This document shows, piece after piece, positions 39,194 through 52,560 of a stretch of 64,000 nt of DNA (its first letter is position 1; each line of letters opens with the position of its first letter). The position numbers and the translations under genes are program-made. The stretch covers positions 34,474,001 to 34,538,000 of the forward strand of contig CM119372.1 of the NCBI GenBank assembly GCA_051294905.1, in the 5' to 3' direction. This stretch comes from Botryllus schlosseri (Eukaryota). Under the pieces are notes generated by a model. That model was not told where the DNA came from. It searched no databases and saw only the letters and a list, made by a program, of their open reading frames with translations.

Positions 39194-42100
39194 GTAATAC
39201 AGAAAATGTTAGAAATATATCGTTCTACCCGCTATTGTATAAATATTGAGTAATTTTCATGAAACTAACTCGAGCTGGGAATACTCAGGGCCGGTGGTAT
39301 TATAAGCGACATTATGGCTCAGCCTACATTCATATTACACACACTCATATTAGTGCACTCACTCTGCATTCAAAGTTTTGTAGCTCTCACCGTATCTGGC
39401 ATCATCTGTGCCACGGAGTCCAATATTAGGTGCCTTCTCTGCAATTAATTGGGCGCGATAGGAATTCTTTTCACGTGATAGCTGGTTCTTAATCCCTGCA
39501 ATCCCAACGCATGTAAGTCACGCATTTCGGTCACAACTGAAAAGCAATATTCACTGATGGTAATGACAATACTGGCGTTCATCCGTTTGTGGTGACTGCA
39601 TATTGCGGTTCGCCAAACCACATTTTTAAATCAGTCTGTCAGCCCACGATGCATAACCGTGCGCAATATCCTATACGAGCATGATCGTGCATGTCACGTA
39701 GGCCTACACTGATTCATAGCCGACTCGGACATGTTTACTTTCGAATCACTGCTGATATGTGAGTAGTATAGTAGATCGGTCGTGAGCGGCTATTGGCTCT
39801 TATGGGTGCGGCGGTGAGGTGCCGCGAAAACTCGTGGTGGTGATGGCACCCTTTTAGACCCCCTCTCGGCGGTGAGGTGCCATGTGTTCTTATGGATGCG
39901 GTGATGATGGTACCCTTTCGGGTATAGGCTGCGGCGGTGAGGTGCCATGAGTTCTTATGGATGCGGTGATGATGGTACCCTTTCGGGTATAGGCTGCGGC
40001 GGTGAGGTGCCGTGAAAACTCGTGGTGATGATGGTACCCTTTTGACCCCCATATGGTGATGATGTGCCTATGTGGTGATGATGGTACACTTTCAGATATA
40101 TGCACGGATTCTTGTGTCGTAGTGAACTAACGTTGTGGATATAGGCCGCGGCGATGATTCTTGTGTCGTAGTGAACTAACGTTGTGGATATAGGCCGCGG
40201 CGATGATGTGCCTGTCGTGTATTCTTACGGGATCTTTGGTGACTCGCCATGTGTTCTTATGGGTGCGGTCGCATGCGGCTATTGTGTCTTATGGCTGCGG
40301 CCGTGAATCGCCCTTTCGGTATAGGCATCTCTCGCACGTCGTACTTTCGCATGTCGTGCTTTCGCGTATAGGTTGTGTTGGTGATTCGCCATGTGTTCTT
40401 ATGGGCGTGGCGGTGAATCGTACTTTCGGATATAGGAATCCCTCGCATGGTGTTGAATATGTATCAAGTAAATAGTCACGAGTATCGCTAAACAGGAAAT
40501 TCACTAAACCGCAGTGCAATGTGCGATTTTGAAAAGGATTATCGCGACCGCGTTTTGATATTTGTGACCCAATAAATACATCCGTTTTGGAAACGCGACC
40601 TGATGTGAGGATTTCGAGCGCGCACTATCGTATCGATTATTACACTAATCCAGTCAGTACTATCACATTCAGGAGTATTCAGTATTCAGCAGTGACACAA
40701 AATGCAACCAACAAATAACCACGCTCGTAAATTAACACTTCAAAAAGTGTAAAATAGATTGCAAATCCCGCGATCGCTAACAAGATAATGTCTCGGGCAT
40801 AACCATTTTAGGGACTTGGTGTTAAAGACATACCGATCGCTCACAAGGTAATATTTCGGTAATTAGTTTGTCACAGAGCCGTCGCAGACGGTGATTCGAA
40901 AACCAACAATTTGACACTTTCTGTGGGTCGCTATATGTTTTGACACTTCGAACAGTGGCTGACTTTAGTTGCGCCATAAGAATTATGAGAATATTCAACC
41001 AATGTATCAATTTGCCAACTCGAAATGAAACTTACTACACAAACCAAGTTGATTCGTATCTGAATGTGTTAATTCGGTACAATTCTAATTATTTTGAGAA
41101 ATCTTTTCGTGATCTTTTGATTCGACCATAACCCGAATATTACTGACGCCGACTTTCAGCTACATCGAATTATTCGCACATTCCACGCCGCTGTTTTCGC
41201 ACTTATAGAATCAATACCAACTATAATTCTACAAGAATCAAGAATCACAAGTATGTGCATTATACAGTTATTGTCTTTATCAACATGAAATCAAACTCTT
41301 AACAAAAACACGCATCTTATCACTCGTCAACTCTATCATGAAAATCCTCGAGTCCTTATCATCAAAAATGTTATAGCGCGGCGTCGGAATCCATTCGTGA
41401 GATGTACTAAAGGTAAATCCAGATAATCCAAAATGAAATATTTGGACTTTGACATAGTCTGAATCGAAATATATTGACAAACATGACTACCAACTTTGAT
41501 CCAGTCACATTTCAAGATCATACTTTGAAACAATCCTTGAAACTTACAACTCTATTCACGACTGAGTTTTCCGTTTATCAAATAGAGTTTCAGTAAATAC
41601 TATCGCGATATTTTAATGTGTTACTACACACAATAGAATCAATCAATGAAATAACACCTGTTGTAAATATTTCTAACTTGACAACCACTTGTGCATACCA
41701 CGATCGACTTGTGACGCGATGAGTTAAATCGGAATATTTCAATCTATTTGTCGAAACCTTGAACAAACTATCAGGTTATTTTTTGTTGCAATTGAGTTAA
41801 CGGAAATAGTATTACGTCTCAACATTTCAACATCTTCCCATACACAAAAGAGTAAAATACAAAACACCTTGTCAAGTCAATCCGTTTGTAACTTACCCAA
41901 CCAAAACAAAAAGTATCCTTATGAAAAGTAGACAAGACTACGCAAGTAATCACTACAACCAACAAACATATCAAGTTCGGTTTTAGGCATATACCACCAA
42001 CTCGTCTTATTGGAATGTCAGCAACTCTTTACGGTCATAGTTACAACCACATTATCTAATTTACCCGACCAACTCGTCATGATCATTCCTGAAATCAACA

Positions 42101-44201
42101 CAAACATGACCACTGGCTTGAGTTAACCACAAAACAGCATCAAGTTTTAAATCCGCTTGCAGCTGACGGATTATTCGAATGCATCGATGGAGAATATTAT
42201 TGAACTCGTTGGTATTGTTACTTCAACAAATTACACCGACTGTGAAAGTTAATATCGAATGGTAAGACTTGATCACATATTTATTGATCACAGACATGAC
42301 AACATTACCGAGATTTTATAAACTAGTCATATTACTCTACACATCTATCAATATCAAAATGCGAGTCATCCAATTTTTCTACTAAAGTAACATTTCACTT
42401 TCGGATTCGGATTCGGTATAGTCATACAAATTGTATCAAATCCAACATCAAAACTAAAGGACTTTTTTAGTTCATTGAAATCAAATCATTCGTCTTCGAC
42501 TTGTGCTTTTTTAGATTACCCGCGACAATTCGTTTCGAGTGAGTTGTAACCGAAGTCAAGATATCTTTGTGTCCACAGATATGGAAGATGAATATAGCTA
42601 ACACAATCACGAATCGACGTTTCAGAGTATTTCACGGATGTAATAAACTTGTTAGTGTCGCCTATCTAAAAGTACGCACGCGTTCGATTTCCATACCGAC
42701 TGTTGCGATGTTTAGGATTCACTTACAATAACCACGGGTGAGGATTTAACATCAATGTCGTTACTGTCGGAATTCACAACAGAGAATTGAAACATTACAC
42801 AGGGCGAAAATATCTCTTTGATATCAAAGCACTACACCAAGTACACGATTAATACTCCGCTCACACTTTCTATAATACATGCTAAATGTAAAATATCACG
42901 AGGTCGCACTCTAAGACTTTGATCATTATAAAAGTAAATTGGAATATGTTTGCTAGATGCATTCAAATCAGCTAGAAATGTCTGGTGCACAACAATCGTA
43001 ATATCAGGGAAGTACTTGCTACACTATAATTCACTAAACGTGTTTTGTATTGTTGTTCATTTGTAGTATTGATTGAAATTGTTTTTAAACCCTCAAATAA
43101 TAATTCCCGACATGAAACTAAACCGCCGAAAGTCGTTACCATCACAAAGAAACAATTTACACGATGTTTGCCAAATGTATCCTATAGTTAGGTGTACTGG
43201 AATTATTTGTAAAACACACTCTGGTAAAGAAATCGAAAAGATATCCTACACCTAAATCTGTTAAAACCATTTTGCACTTTGTGTTCGTCAGTAGTATCCA
43301 TTTGAATTTTTCCATTTCCTCTCGTCAAAGTAGATGTAATCATAGTCGCTAAAGAACTTACTTGGATGTGTTTGAATTCTAGACATAGTTCTAATTTACT
43401 CGACGCAAGACCCAAGAACAATCGTAGTTTACAACCGTGCACACATATCCAAAATATCGCACACTCCGCTATTCCTAAAGTACAAACACCCGATACAAAA
43501 CATTACTTGTTGTGTTGTTGCGGCATCATCTTCACAATATCACCCTCAATACAAATGATGTTTATGTGTAACATGCTATTGATTTGAATCACACCCACCT
43601 GACGGAGGAGGATTTACTCAATCTTTACAAAATGGATATTGACCAACATCACATCATCGGATTGTATCTGTTTTGCTGGATATGAGTTATGTTAGTTTAA
43701 CAGTAAACAAATTTCACCCTCTTGGATTATGAACTCAATGCGTTAGCAGTCATTCAATATTTTGTTTGTGTCAACTAGTTACTTTGTATGTTACTCCACA
43801 ACTCTTACAAAAGTACGAAGGATATTAACATCACACTAAGTAATTAACTTTACTCGATATTCTCGCATTACGAAACTAAAGAATGGTTGGTTAGACTCTA
43901 CAAACTGTTTCGATATCACAAAACCTTTATTGTCTGAATGGGTGTTCATGTATCTTAATAATCAAATAGTTCAAAACAGAACTAGTACTAACAGAAACAT
44001 CAGAGAGTTGTTTACACAAAAGTTTGTATATGTGCACAGTATGCGAATACCATGTGTAAGTCCAGCACAATTGCGGTATCCATCCTAGTTTAGTTAACAC
44101 AAATTTATTACAACGGCGCCACGTAAACTTTCGTGAAAGAAAAGCATACTCACTCCCAGAGGGTTATGTCAATGCCATAGCAGTACCCCAACAACAAAGT
44201 A

Positions 44202-45577
44202 GGGGAGACCGGGGACAATTGTAACACTTTTCGTATTTTCCAACATTACGTGTTCTTCTCGTGGAAATTTCACTTCCAAAGTTTTATATAAAGAAGCCAA
44301 CAACTCGATAGTTGATATGAAAACTAAATTGGAACTCAATCAACAATCAATCATGGAAATTTTGGGTCGCAAAAATCGCTGCTCAAATGTTACAATCGCC
44401 CCGTACCCAGGGGCAATTGTACCACCCTTGCGGGGCAATTGTAACAGTGTTATTTATAACTAAACACAAACTGAATGAACAACGAAAACGAAAGCACAAA
44501 TTGTAATATTGCATGAAACTAAAGGAAGAGACGTTTGAACGCTTCCAGGCTACGCCCCATCGCATTTATGGCATCTGAATGCAATATCACTCTCCGTGTC
44601 TTGTTCAAGCTTAAAGTGTACAAGAGACACATTCATTCCATCATCTCCCTACACATATTCGGCCTCTTCTACCAAGGTTCTATTGTTCAGCGGGCATAAT
44701 GGGTTGGTCATTCGGTCACCTGCGAAGGTGCGAAACCGACCTGGCTAACATATCTTGGTTGAATGGGCCGATCATAGTATAGTAAAACGAGGACGCAACA
44801 TTGCGTGGCGTCAAAGCTATAATGACATTTATCTGTGATGTAGAAAATTAACATAAATTGTTCACATCAAATATCAAAATGTAAGTGGGCCATGATCAAA
44901 GTCAGAGGACAAGAATTAAGACATGACTATTGAAGTTCGACACACCAAAAGTCGATCAACATGAGAAAGGGTGGTTGAATCACGAAAATAACCGAACCGT
45001 CAGATTCACATCATCACTATTGTATGGCCTTTCCGACAGATGATCATGTTAGAATTGGTATCGCAAGGCAGTATCTGTTCTGGTGAACTTCCGGCTGTTG
45101 CAAGATTATTCTGCAGTAGATGAATGGTAATACCAACATATGAACAAAGACAATCAGAATTGACAACATATTGAAACGGGGCAAAAGTAACAGAGTGTTA
45201 CGATTGCCCCTGACACGCTCGACCATGATTAATGTCTCAGTATGGTACCTTCCCGGCGATGCAAGTCCTATTCTTTCCATCACCACGGTAGACTATAGTA
45301 ACATTGTTCCAGCTACACATATTACGTTGTAACTACTTGAGGTACTATTCGTCCAGACAAATTATTCCAGACCAGAAAAACTTTACTCAAGGGTCAAAAA
45401 TTTCGTTTTTTGCAAATTATTCCGGGGTTTCGCATCGTAGCTCAACGTAACTCCAGGTATAATAGGAGAGATAACTACTGCATGCGCACTTGAAATATCA
45501 AGCTGATTTCTCCATCCTACTAGCGGTGAGGTCGATTGTTACATTTGCCCCTAGTTACATTTGTCCCCGGTCTCCCC
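44202..45577. mobile_element. Non-autonomous TA-target DNA transposon (Tc1/mariner superfamily-like), left arm only
   Basis: TIR ggggagaccggggacaa/ttgtccccggtctcccc; TA duplicated; the empty site is in the right arm at ~49500. Confidence 0.85.
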
Positions 45578-46116
45578 TACATATGTTTTCTAGTCACGGT
45601 CCTTACATCTTTCACATAGATCAATCTACTTTGCTAACGAAAAGTGCTGAGTCATCACATGATCGCCCTCACAACAAAACAGCTAGTAGATATTATCATT
45701 CAAAACATTCCTAACCCTTTACACACCAGTGACAAATCATACAACGAATATGTTTTGTGGGTCGAATTGTTGTTCAGTATCAAGTCTACCTGTTGAAACT
45801 TACATTAAAACAACACAGTCACGATTCAATTAAAACCACGAATCTATTTTCATTTCGTCACATACAGAAAAATAAATTTTCTTTCCCCAACACATACTTG
45901 TAACCAATCGCTTTCACTAAACACACAACTTCATAAAAGTATTTACTTTCTACAACATAGACATTCCGATGTAGTCAAGAAATATTTTTATTAATCAAAA
46001 TCATCGACTTCTGTTTACGGTGTTAGTGTGTGCATGTCATACACGTGGGGCCCGTATTGAAATGGACACGACACAACTGAATGTAAGGGGGTAGTCTATC
46101 GCATAGATTTACATGT

Positions 46117-46361
46117 ATATTTTTTCTCTCGGTAACAAACCTTTTTCACTTGGAAATATATTTTTTCTCTGGGTAACAAACCTTTTTCACTTGCAAATAT
46201 ATTTTTTTCTCTGGGTAACAAACCTTTTTCACTGAGCTATAAACCATTTTCACTTGGCGGGTCGTCGTTTACCTGAGTAAAAATATCATTTTCCTTTGGA
46301 GATCCGGCGTTTACATAGTGTAACAATACATTTTCTCTTGGTCATCTAGCTTTTCCTAGAG
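46117..46361 (+). repeat. 41-bp array in the loop of element B
   Basis: Same unit as 2570-3165; it resumes briefly after the hAT insertion at 48251. Confidence 0.85.
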
Positions 46362-47069
46362 CAGGGGTTCTCAACTTCCCTTGTATAACGGGCCGCATTT
46401 TAGCAGCATAAGACGCCGCGGGCCGCAGAACATGGTATGGCCCTGTATTTGTGGGTTACCATTATATTTAGGCTACTGTAGCCTATTTACCAGTCGTATA
46501 GAGCATTTAGTACATTTTTATGCATTCTAAAGCATTAATGAACTGCGTTCGTAAGTTTGCCGCAGCTGTTTTTCTGAGAATTTATCTTCCAGCGGCGCAA
46601 GTAAATCCCTTCATTGAGTCAAGTTAAAGTCGGTATATACATCTTCAAACCCTTCCACCAGAGAACCGAACTCACTGAGTGAGCGTGCAAGTATAAAATT
46701 ACGTTAACTTGTGCGTTACAGAGCCCAATATCAATTTCAGCTCTCAATGATATGAGAAGAAGTCTGGTGTTCGGGGTCATTTCTAAGCAAACCAATCAAG
46801 CCTTCTCCTTTCCGTCCATGGATGGAGCCCTGCACCAATAGTTACAGAAGTCGGTCTCGTCAAGTTGATGTTTTTCGTTGGTCCCTTCCCCACGTTTGCC
46901 CTGCCAGCATTTACTATGCAAATCTGTCCACTCTGATAATATGCACCCGCAATGTCTGTGGAGTCGGCGGATTCGTCCAATGCTAGGCTAAAGTAGTCTG
47001 CGCGTCAACGTGTTTAAGAAGATGCGATAAAAGATCGACTGACACTGCTGTTACTCTTCTGGTCACAGC

Positions 47070-47260
47070 CAATGTTCCCTCTAATTTTTGACGAGTCTGC
47101 CCACACTCACAACTCACTGCACAGAACCTATGACAACAGTGCGTAACGACTGCAAAAGGTCTTCACTTCGGATTTTTTGTGCGCAACTTAGACTTTCTGT
47201 GCGCAGAGACCGCGTCGGCACTGCGCATTTGCACACGTGCGCAGCTTAGAGGGAACGTTG
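47070..47260. mobile_element. Short hAT MITE nested in the hAT element
   Basis: TIR caatgttccctctaa/ttagagggaacgttg; TSD gtcacagc/gtcacagt. Confidence 0.8.
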
Positions 47261-47904
47261 GTCACAGTTGAAGCAGACAACTGTAGCTTCAAAATTTGTC
47301 ACATGATGTTGTCCTTGGTGCTAAGCTCCGGAAACAGCGAATATTCGCACAGTATGTTAAAGTTTTATTGAAATCACACCTTCTCTAGCATATTTCTTGG
47401 GTTTAGCGATATTCCAAGCAATGTTGAACGATGCGTCTGTAACGTCGTCGGTAATTTTAACAATGCCTTGAAATTTGGATTGTTGGGGTTGGCACCTAGC
47501 TAGCAACGTTTTCTTTTAAGATCGAGCGATGTTTATAACTCCAGATGAAGCTGTGATATCATAGGCTTATACGCTTCGTTACGTCAACTGTTCTTCGACA
47601 AATATGACACATCGGTTTTTCATTTATATCCGAGAAACCAAGTTTCCGCCGGTTAATTTCCCGTTCCTTGTTCTTGTTACCGTCCAAACCATTCGCGGTG
47701 AGTGAAACACTCTTTAAATGTGTAGGCCTACTACGCAGCCGGATTCTCTTGAACCAGAGTCTAGCCGACTATCGATTCAAAACAATACCAATCTAAACTC
47801 GAGCATATATCAACAAACTAGAACAAATCACAGAATACGAAATCAAACGAAACAGAGACGGTGCGATAAGAGAGCGTAACGTAACAATAGCCCTCTATTT
47901 ACCT

Positions 47905-48146
47905 ATCACGACCTGACATATCGATCCGACGCATGCCATTTTTTATATCAACTGTCCTTCTATATTTTTCATTTAGTGTGCATGTGCATGCCTCTTTTTT
48001 ACATCACCTAGGCCAGGTGGATGTCTGATATCGAAGACTACCCCAAGTCGTTTGGACACCTTCCTGTTCCTATCTCTCATTGTATCGCAGTCTTGTGGTG
48101 TATTGAAATGATGAAATTATTAGCAATAAATTGAATTGAATTGAAT
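47905..48146 (+). mobile_element. LINE 3' UTR fragment (or SINE) with a (TTGAA)n tail
   Basis: Homologous to 52315-52545 and ~19425-19540; boundaries approximate. Confidence 0.6.
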
Positions 48147-50292
48147 ACCGTGCCAGTAGAAATTGCTTTCATCATGAAAGATGTCGCGGGCCGCAAAATA
48201 AGCGTCTGCGGGCCGCATGCGGCCCGCGGGCCGCGGGTTGAGAACCCCTGTCCTAGAGTAACAAAACCATTTTCATTTTGAAATCTGACAAACACACCTG
48301 ACAATTTGATATTTTTGTATATTGTTACGACGGATAGCGACAAAATATACACCAACAACAACTCCAATACATTTGTGTAATCGCATATTCACTTGTGCTG
48401 ATGCAACCCATCAAAATCATCGGTTACCCACATGCAATGTGCTGTTGTACATCGACGTTTATGTTTTTGGAAAATTGGACAATAGACTTCGATAGTTCTG
48501 TGATGTCCGGGTTCGTGCTTTGGATTTTCCAGAGTCAAAATGTCCGAATAAAACACCTCCTCGACGATGGTTGGTATGTGGATAACGGTGTTCGGAAAAC
48601 GGTTGGATTTATGTCACCCATCGCGATAACAATTCCAGGTCGAGTTTTCCTCCCGCATGTTTACTATATTGTGTCTTTATTGGTCAATGTATGTCTCGAC
48701 ATTCAGTTTGAAATCGGAAACCCTGATAAAGTAAGTAACCGGATCCGGATATCAACTCTGAATCGATAAACCAATGAACAATATTCAAAGTAAACATGTT
48801 ACACCCTGTGTATCCACGAAAAAACACCATCCAGACGTACGTCGCGCTTGTTTGCCCACACCAGTATACGCGTAAATGGAGGTGTGTGACATTGCATGCA
48901 ATGTGTTGGTATACAAACATCGGGAAGTAAGAGATGATTCGTTTTTTGAAACCGTAGCGAAGACCACATGTAAATCTATGCGATAGACTACCCCCTTACA
49001 TTCAGTTGTGTCGTGTCCATTTTAATACGGGCCCCACGTGTATGACATGCACACACTAACACCGTAAACAGAAGTCGATGATTTTGATTAATAAAAATAT
49101 TTCTTGACTACATCGGAATGTCTATGTTGTAGAAAGTAAATACTTTTATGAAGTTGTGTGTTTAGTGAAAGCGATTGGTTACAAGTATGTGTTGGGGAAA
49201 GAAAATTTATTTTTCTGTATGTGACGAAATGAAAATAGATTCGTGGTTTTAATTGAATTTTGACTGTGTTGTTTTAATGTAAGTTTCAACAGGTAGACTT
49301 GATACTGAACAACAATTCGACCCACAAAACATATTCGTTGTATGATTTGTCACTGGTGTGTAAAGGGTTAGGAATGTTTTGAATGATAATATCTACTAGC
49401 TGTTTTGTTGTGAGGGCAATCATGTGATGACTCAGCACTTTTCGTTAGCAAAGTAGATTGATCTATGTGAAAGATGTAAGGACCGTGACTAGAAAACATA
49501 TGTACTTTGTTGTTGGGGTACTGCTATGGCATTGACATAACCCTCTGGGAGTGAGTATGCTTTTCTTTCACGAAAGTTTACGTGGCGCCGTTGTAATAAA
49601 TTTGTGTTAACTAAACTAGGATGGATACCGCAATTGTGCTGGACTTACACATGGTATTCGCATACTGTGCACATATACAAACTTTTGTGTAAACAACTCT
49701 CTGATGTTTCTGTTAGTACTAGTTCTGTTTTGAACTATTTGATTATTAAGATACATGAACACCCATTCAGACAATAAAGGTTTTGTGATATCGAAACAGT
49801 TTGTAGAGTCTAACCAACCATTCTTTAGTTTCGTAATGCGAGAATATCGAGTAAAGTTAATTACTTAGTGTGATGTTAATATCCTTCGTACTTTTGTAAG
49901 AGTTGTGGAGTAACATACAAAGTAACTAGTTGACACAAACAAAATATTGAATGACTGCTAACGCATTGAGTTCATAATCCAAGAGGGTGAAATTTGTTTA
50001 CTGTTAAACTAACATAACTCATATCCAGCAAAACAGATACAATCCGATGATGTGATGTTGGTCAATATCCATTTTGTAAAGATTGAGTAAATCCTCCTCC
50101 GTCAGGTGGGTGTGATTCAAATCAATAGCATGTTACACATAAACATCATTTGTATTGAGGGTGATATTGTGAAGATGATGCCGCAACAACACAACAAGTA
50201 ATGTTTTGTATCGGGTGTTTGTACTTTAGGAATAGCGGAGTGTGCGATATTTTGGATATATACAATTGAATAGTATATTCATATTAAAATGA

Positions 50293-50326
50293 ACCCGAAT
50301 ATTTTCGGCTGACACTCGTCAGGGGT
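50293..50326 (-). ncRNA. Minimal type I hammerhead ribozyme
   Basis: Reverse complement of the motif at 50608-50641. Confidence 0.65.
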
Positions 50327-50607
50327 AATCGTCAGCAACTAGTAGAGAATTCGAAAGAACAGAGACGAGACGACAGATTTCGCATACTCGGAAAGGGTCG
50401 CTCACACTTTCATTTGTGCGCCTTGGAGTCGACTTTTATCAAAATACACCAGCCAAGGCTGTGTCAACAAAAAGAGTTCGTGTATCATCTAAAAATAGTA
50501 CATTGAACGCTCTCGTATTCGACATTTCGTGCTGGTGACGTCATATTTTGTGTTACGATTGTTGATATACGCTGTTCTTTCGAATTCTCTACTAGTTGCT
50601 GACGATT

Positions 50608-50641
50608 ACCCCTGACGAGTGTCAGCCGAAAATATTCGGGT
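50608..50641 (+). ncRNA. Minimal type I hammerhead ribozyme
   Basis: accc CTGACGA gtgtcagcc GAA aatatt C gggt: CUGANGA/GAAA/UH core, 4-bp stem I, 1-bp stem II, self-complementary stem III AATATT. Confidence 0.7.
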
Positions 50642-51872
50642 TCATTTTAATATGAATATACTATTCAATTGTATATTGAAGTTATGTACCTCAAAGAAGC
50701 TGTTCAAATATTTTGGATATGTGTGCACGGTTGTAAACTACGGTTGTTCTTGGGTCTTGCGTCGAGTAAATTAGAACTATGTCTAGAATTCAAACACATC
50801 CAAGTAAGTTCTTTAGCGACTATGATTACATCTACTTTGACGAGAGGAAATGGAAAAATTCAAATGGATACTACTGACGAACACAAAGTGCAAAATGGTT
50901 TTAACAGATTTAGGTGTAGGATATCTTTTCGATTTCTTTACCAGAGTGTGTTATACAAATAATTCCAGTACACCTAACTATAGGTTACATTTGGCAAACA
51001 TCGTGTAAATTGTTTCTTTGTGATGGTAACGACTTTCGGCGGTTTAGTTTCATGTCGGGAATTATTATTTGAGGGTTTAAAAACAATTTCAATCAATACT
51101 ACAAATGAACAACAATACAAAACACGTTTAGTGAATTATAGTGTAGCAAGTACTTCCTTGATATTACGATTGTTGTGCACCAGACATTTCTAGCTGATTT
51201 GAATGCATCTAGCAAACATATTCCAATTTACTTTTATAATGATCAAAGTCTTAGAGTGCGACCTCGTGATATTTTACATTTAGCATGTATTATAGAAAGT
51301 GTGAGCGGAGTATTAATCGTGTACTTGGTGTAGTGCTTTGATATCAAAGAGATATTTTCGCCCTGTGTAATGTTTCAATTCTCTGTTGTGAATTCCGACA
51401 GTAACGACATTGATGTTAAATCCTCACCCGTGGTTATTGTAAGTGAATCCTAAACATCGCAACAGTCGGTATGGAAATCGAACGCGTGCGTACTTTTAGA
51501 TAGGCGACACTAACAAGTTTATTACATCCGTGAAATACTCTGAAACGTCGATTCGTGATTGTGTTAGCTATATTCATCTTCCATATCTGTGGACACAAAG
51601 ATATCTTGACTTCGGTTACAACTCACTCGAAACGAATTGTCGCGGGTAATCTAAAAAAGCACAAGTCGAAGACGAATGATTTGATTTCAATGAACTAAAA
51701 AAGTCCTTTAGTTTTGATGTTGGATTTGATACAATTTGTATGACTATACCGAATCCGAATCCGAAAGTGAAATGTTACTTTAGTAGAAAAATTGGATGAC
51801 TCGCATTTTGATATTGATAGATGTGTAGAGTAATATGACTAGTTTATAAAATCTCGGTAATGTTGTCATGTC

Positions 51873-52560
51873 ATGTTGTCATGCACTCAAGCCACTGCAG
51901 AAACTACAGCATAAAGTGCTCCGATTCATATCTAGGGCCCCAAAGGGGCCTGGCTGCCCATCCAATAAGTCGCTGCTGAAGAGATTCGGCGTCCTAAACA
52001 TAGAAGATATGCGGAAACTAGAAATCGCCAAGTTTATGTATCAGTTTCACTGCGGTCGTTGCCCCGAATATTTCAATGACGTCTTTACCTCTGAATCAAA
52101 AGCGCACAAGTACAACACACGCGCGTCCACGTCGTCCAAATATCATATGATAGACCGAAAAGATCATCGCTCCATCAAATATGCCGGACCTGATGTGTGG
52201 AACAGTATCCCGCCGGCCATCCGACAGTCGACGAGCATGTCCACATTCAAGTCGAAATACAAGCAATTACTACTAAATAAATACAGTCCATCCTCAAGAT
52301 TACCGGACCACGACTGACCTATCGATCTCGCTTCCCATGACATGCCGCCCTATTTCTTTTCGCTTTCTTTTTCTATACTGTATTCTTTACTTTCATTCAG
52401 TGTGCATGCCTCCTCTTTACTACGCCTAGGCCAAGGTGGGTGTCCGATTCCATTGACAAATCCAAGTCGCTTCGACATCTTCCTGTCTATTCATTGTATC
52501 GCATTTTTTGTGGTGTATTGAACTGATAAAATTGCTAATAAACCAAGGATGATGATGATG
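51873..52560 (+). mobile_element. 5'-truncated CR1/L2-group LINE (ORF2 C-terminus plus 3' UTR, (GAT)n tail), right arm only
   Basis: Peptide LQKLQHKVLRFI...EIAKFMY...HKYNTR...SIKYAGPDVWNSIP...FKSKYK; short duplication atgtc; empty site in the left arm at ~42295. Confidence 0.85.

Larger units (their letters stand above)
46362..48250 (-). mobile_element. hAT (Charlie/SPIN-like) deletion derivative with a transposase remnant
   Basis: TIR caggggttctcaac/gttgagaacccctg; exact TSD tcctagag; minus-strand remnant DYFSLALDESADSTD near 46955-47000. Confidence 0.85.
50260..50707. mobile_element. Palindromic Penelope-like insert with two opposed hammerheads, right arm only
   Basis: 13-bp TSD atattttggatat (50247-50259 and 50708-50720); empty site in the left arm at ~43445; ~100-bp inverted arms. 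Confidence 0.75.
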
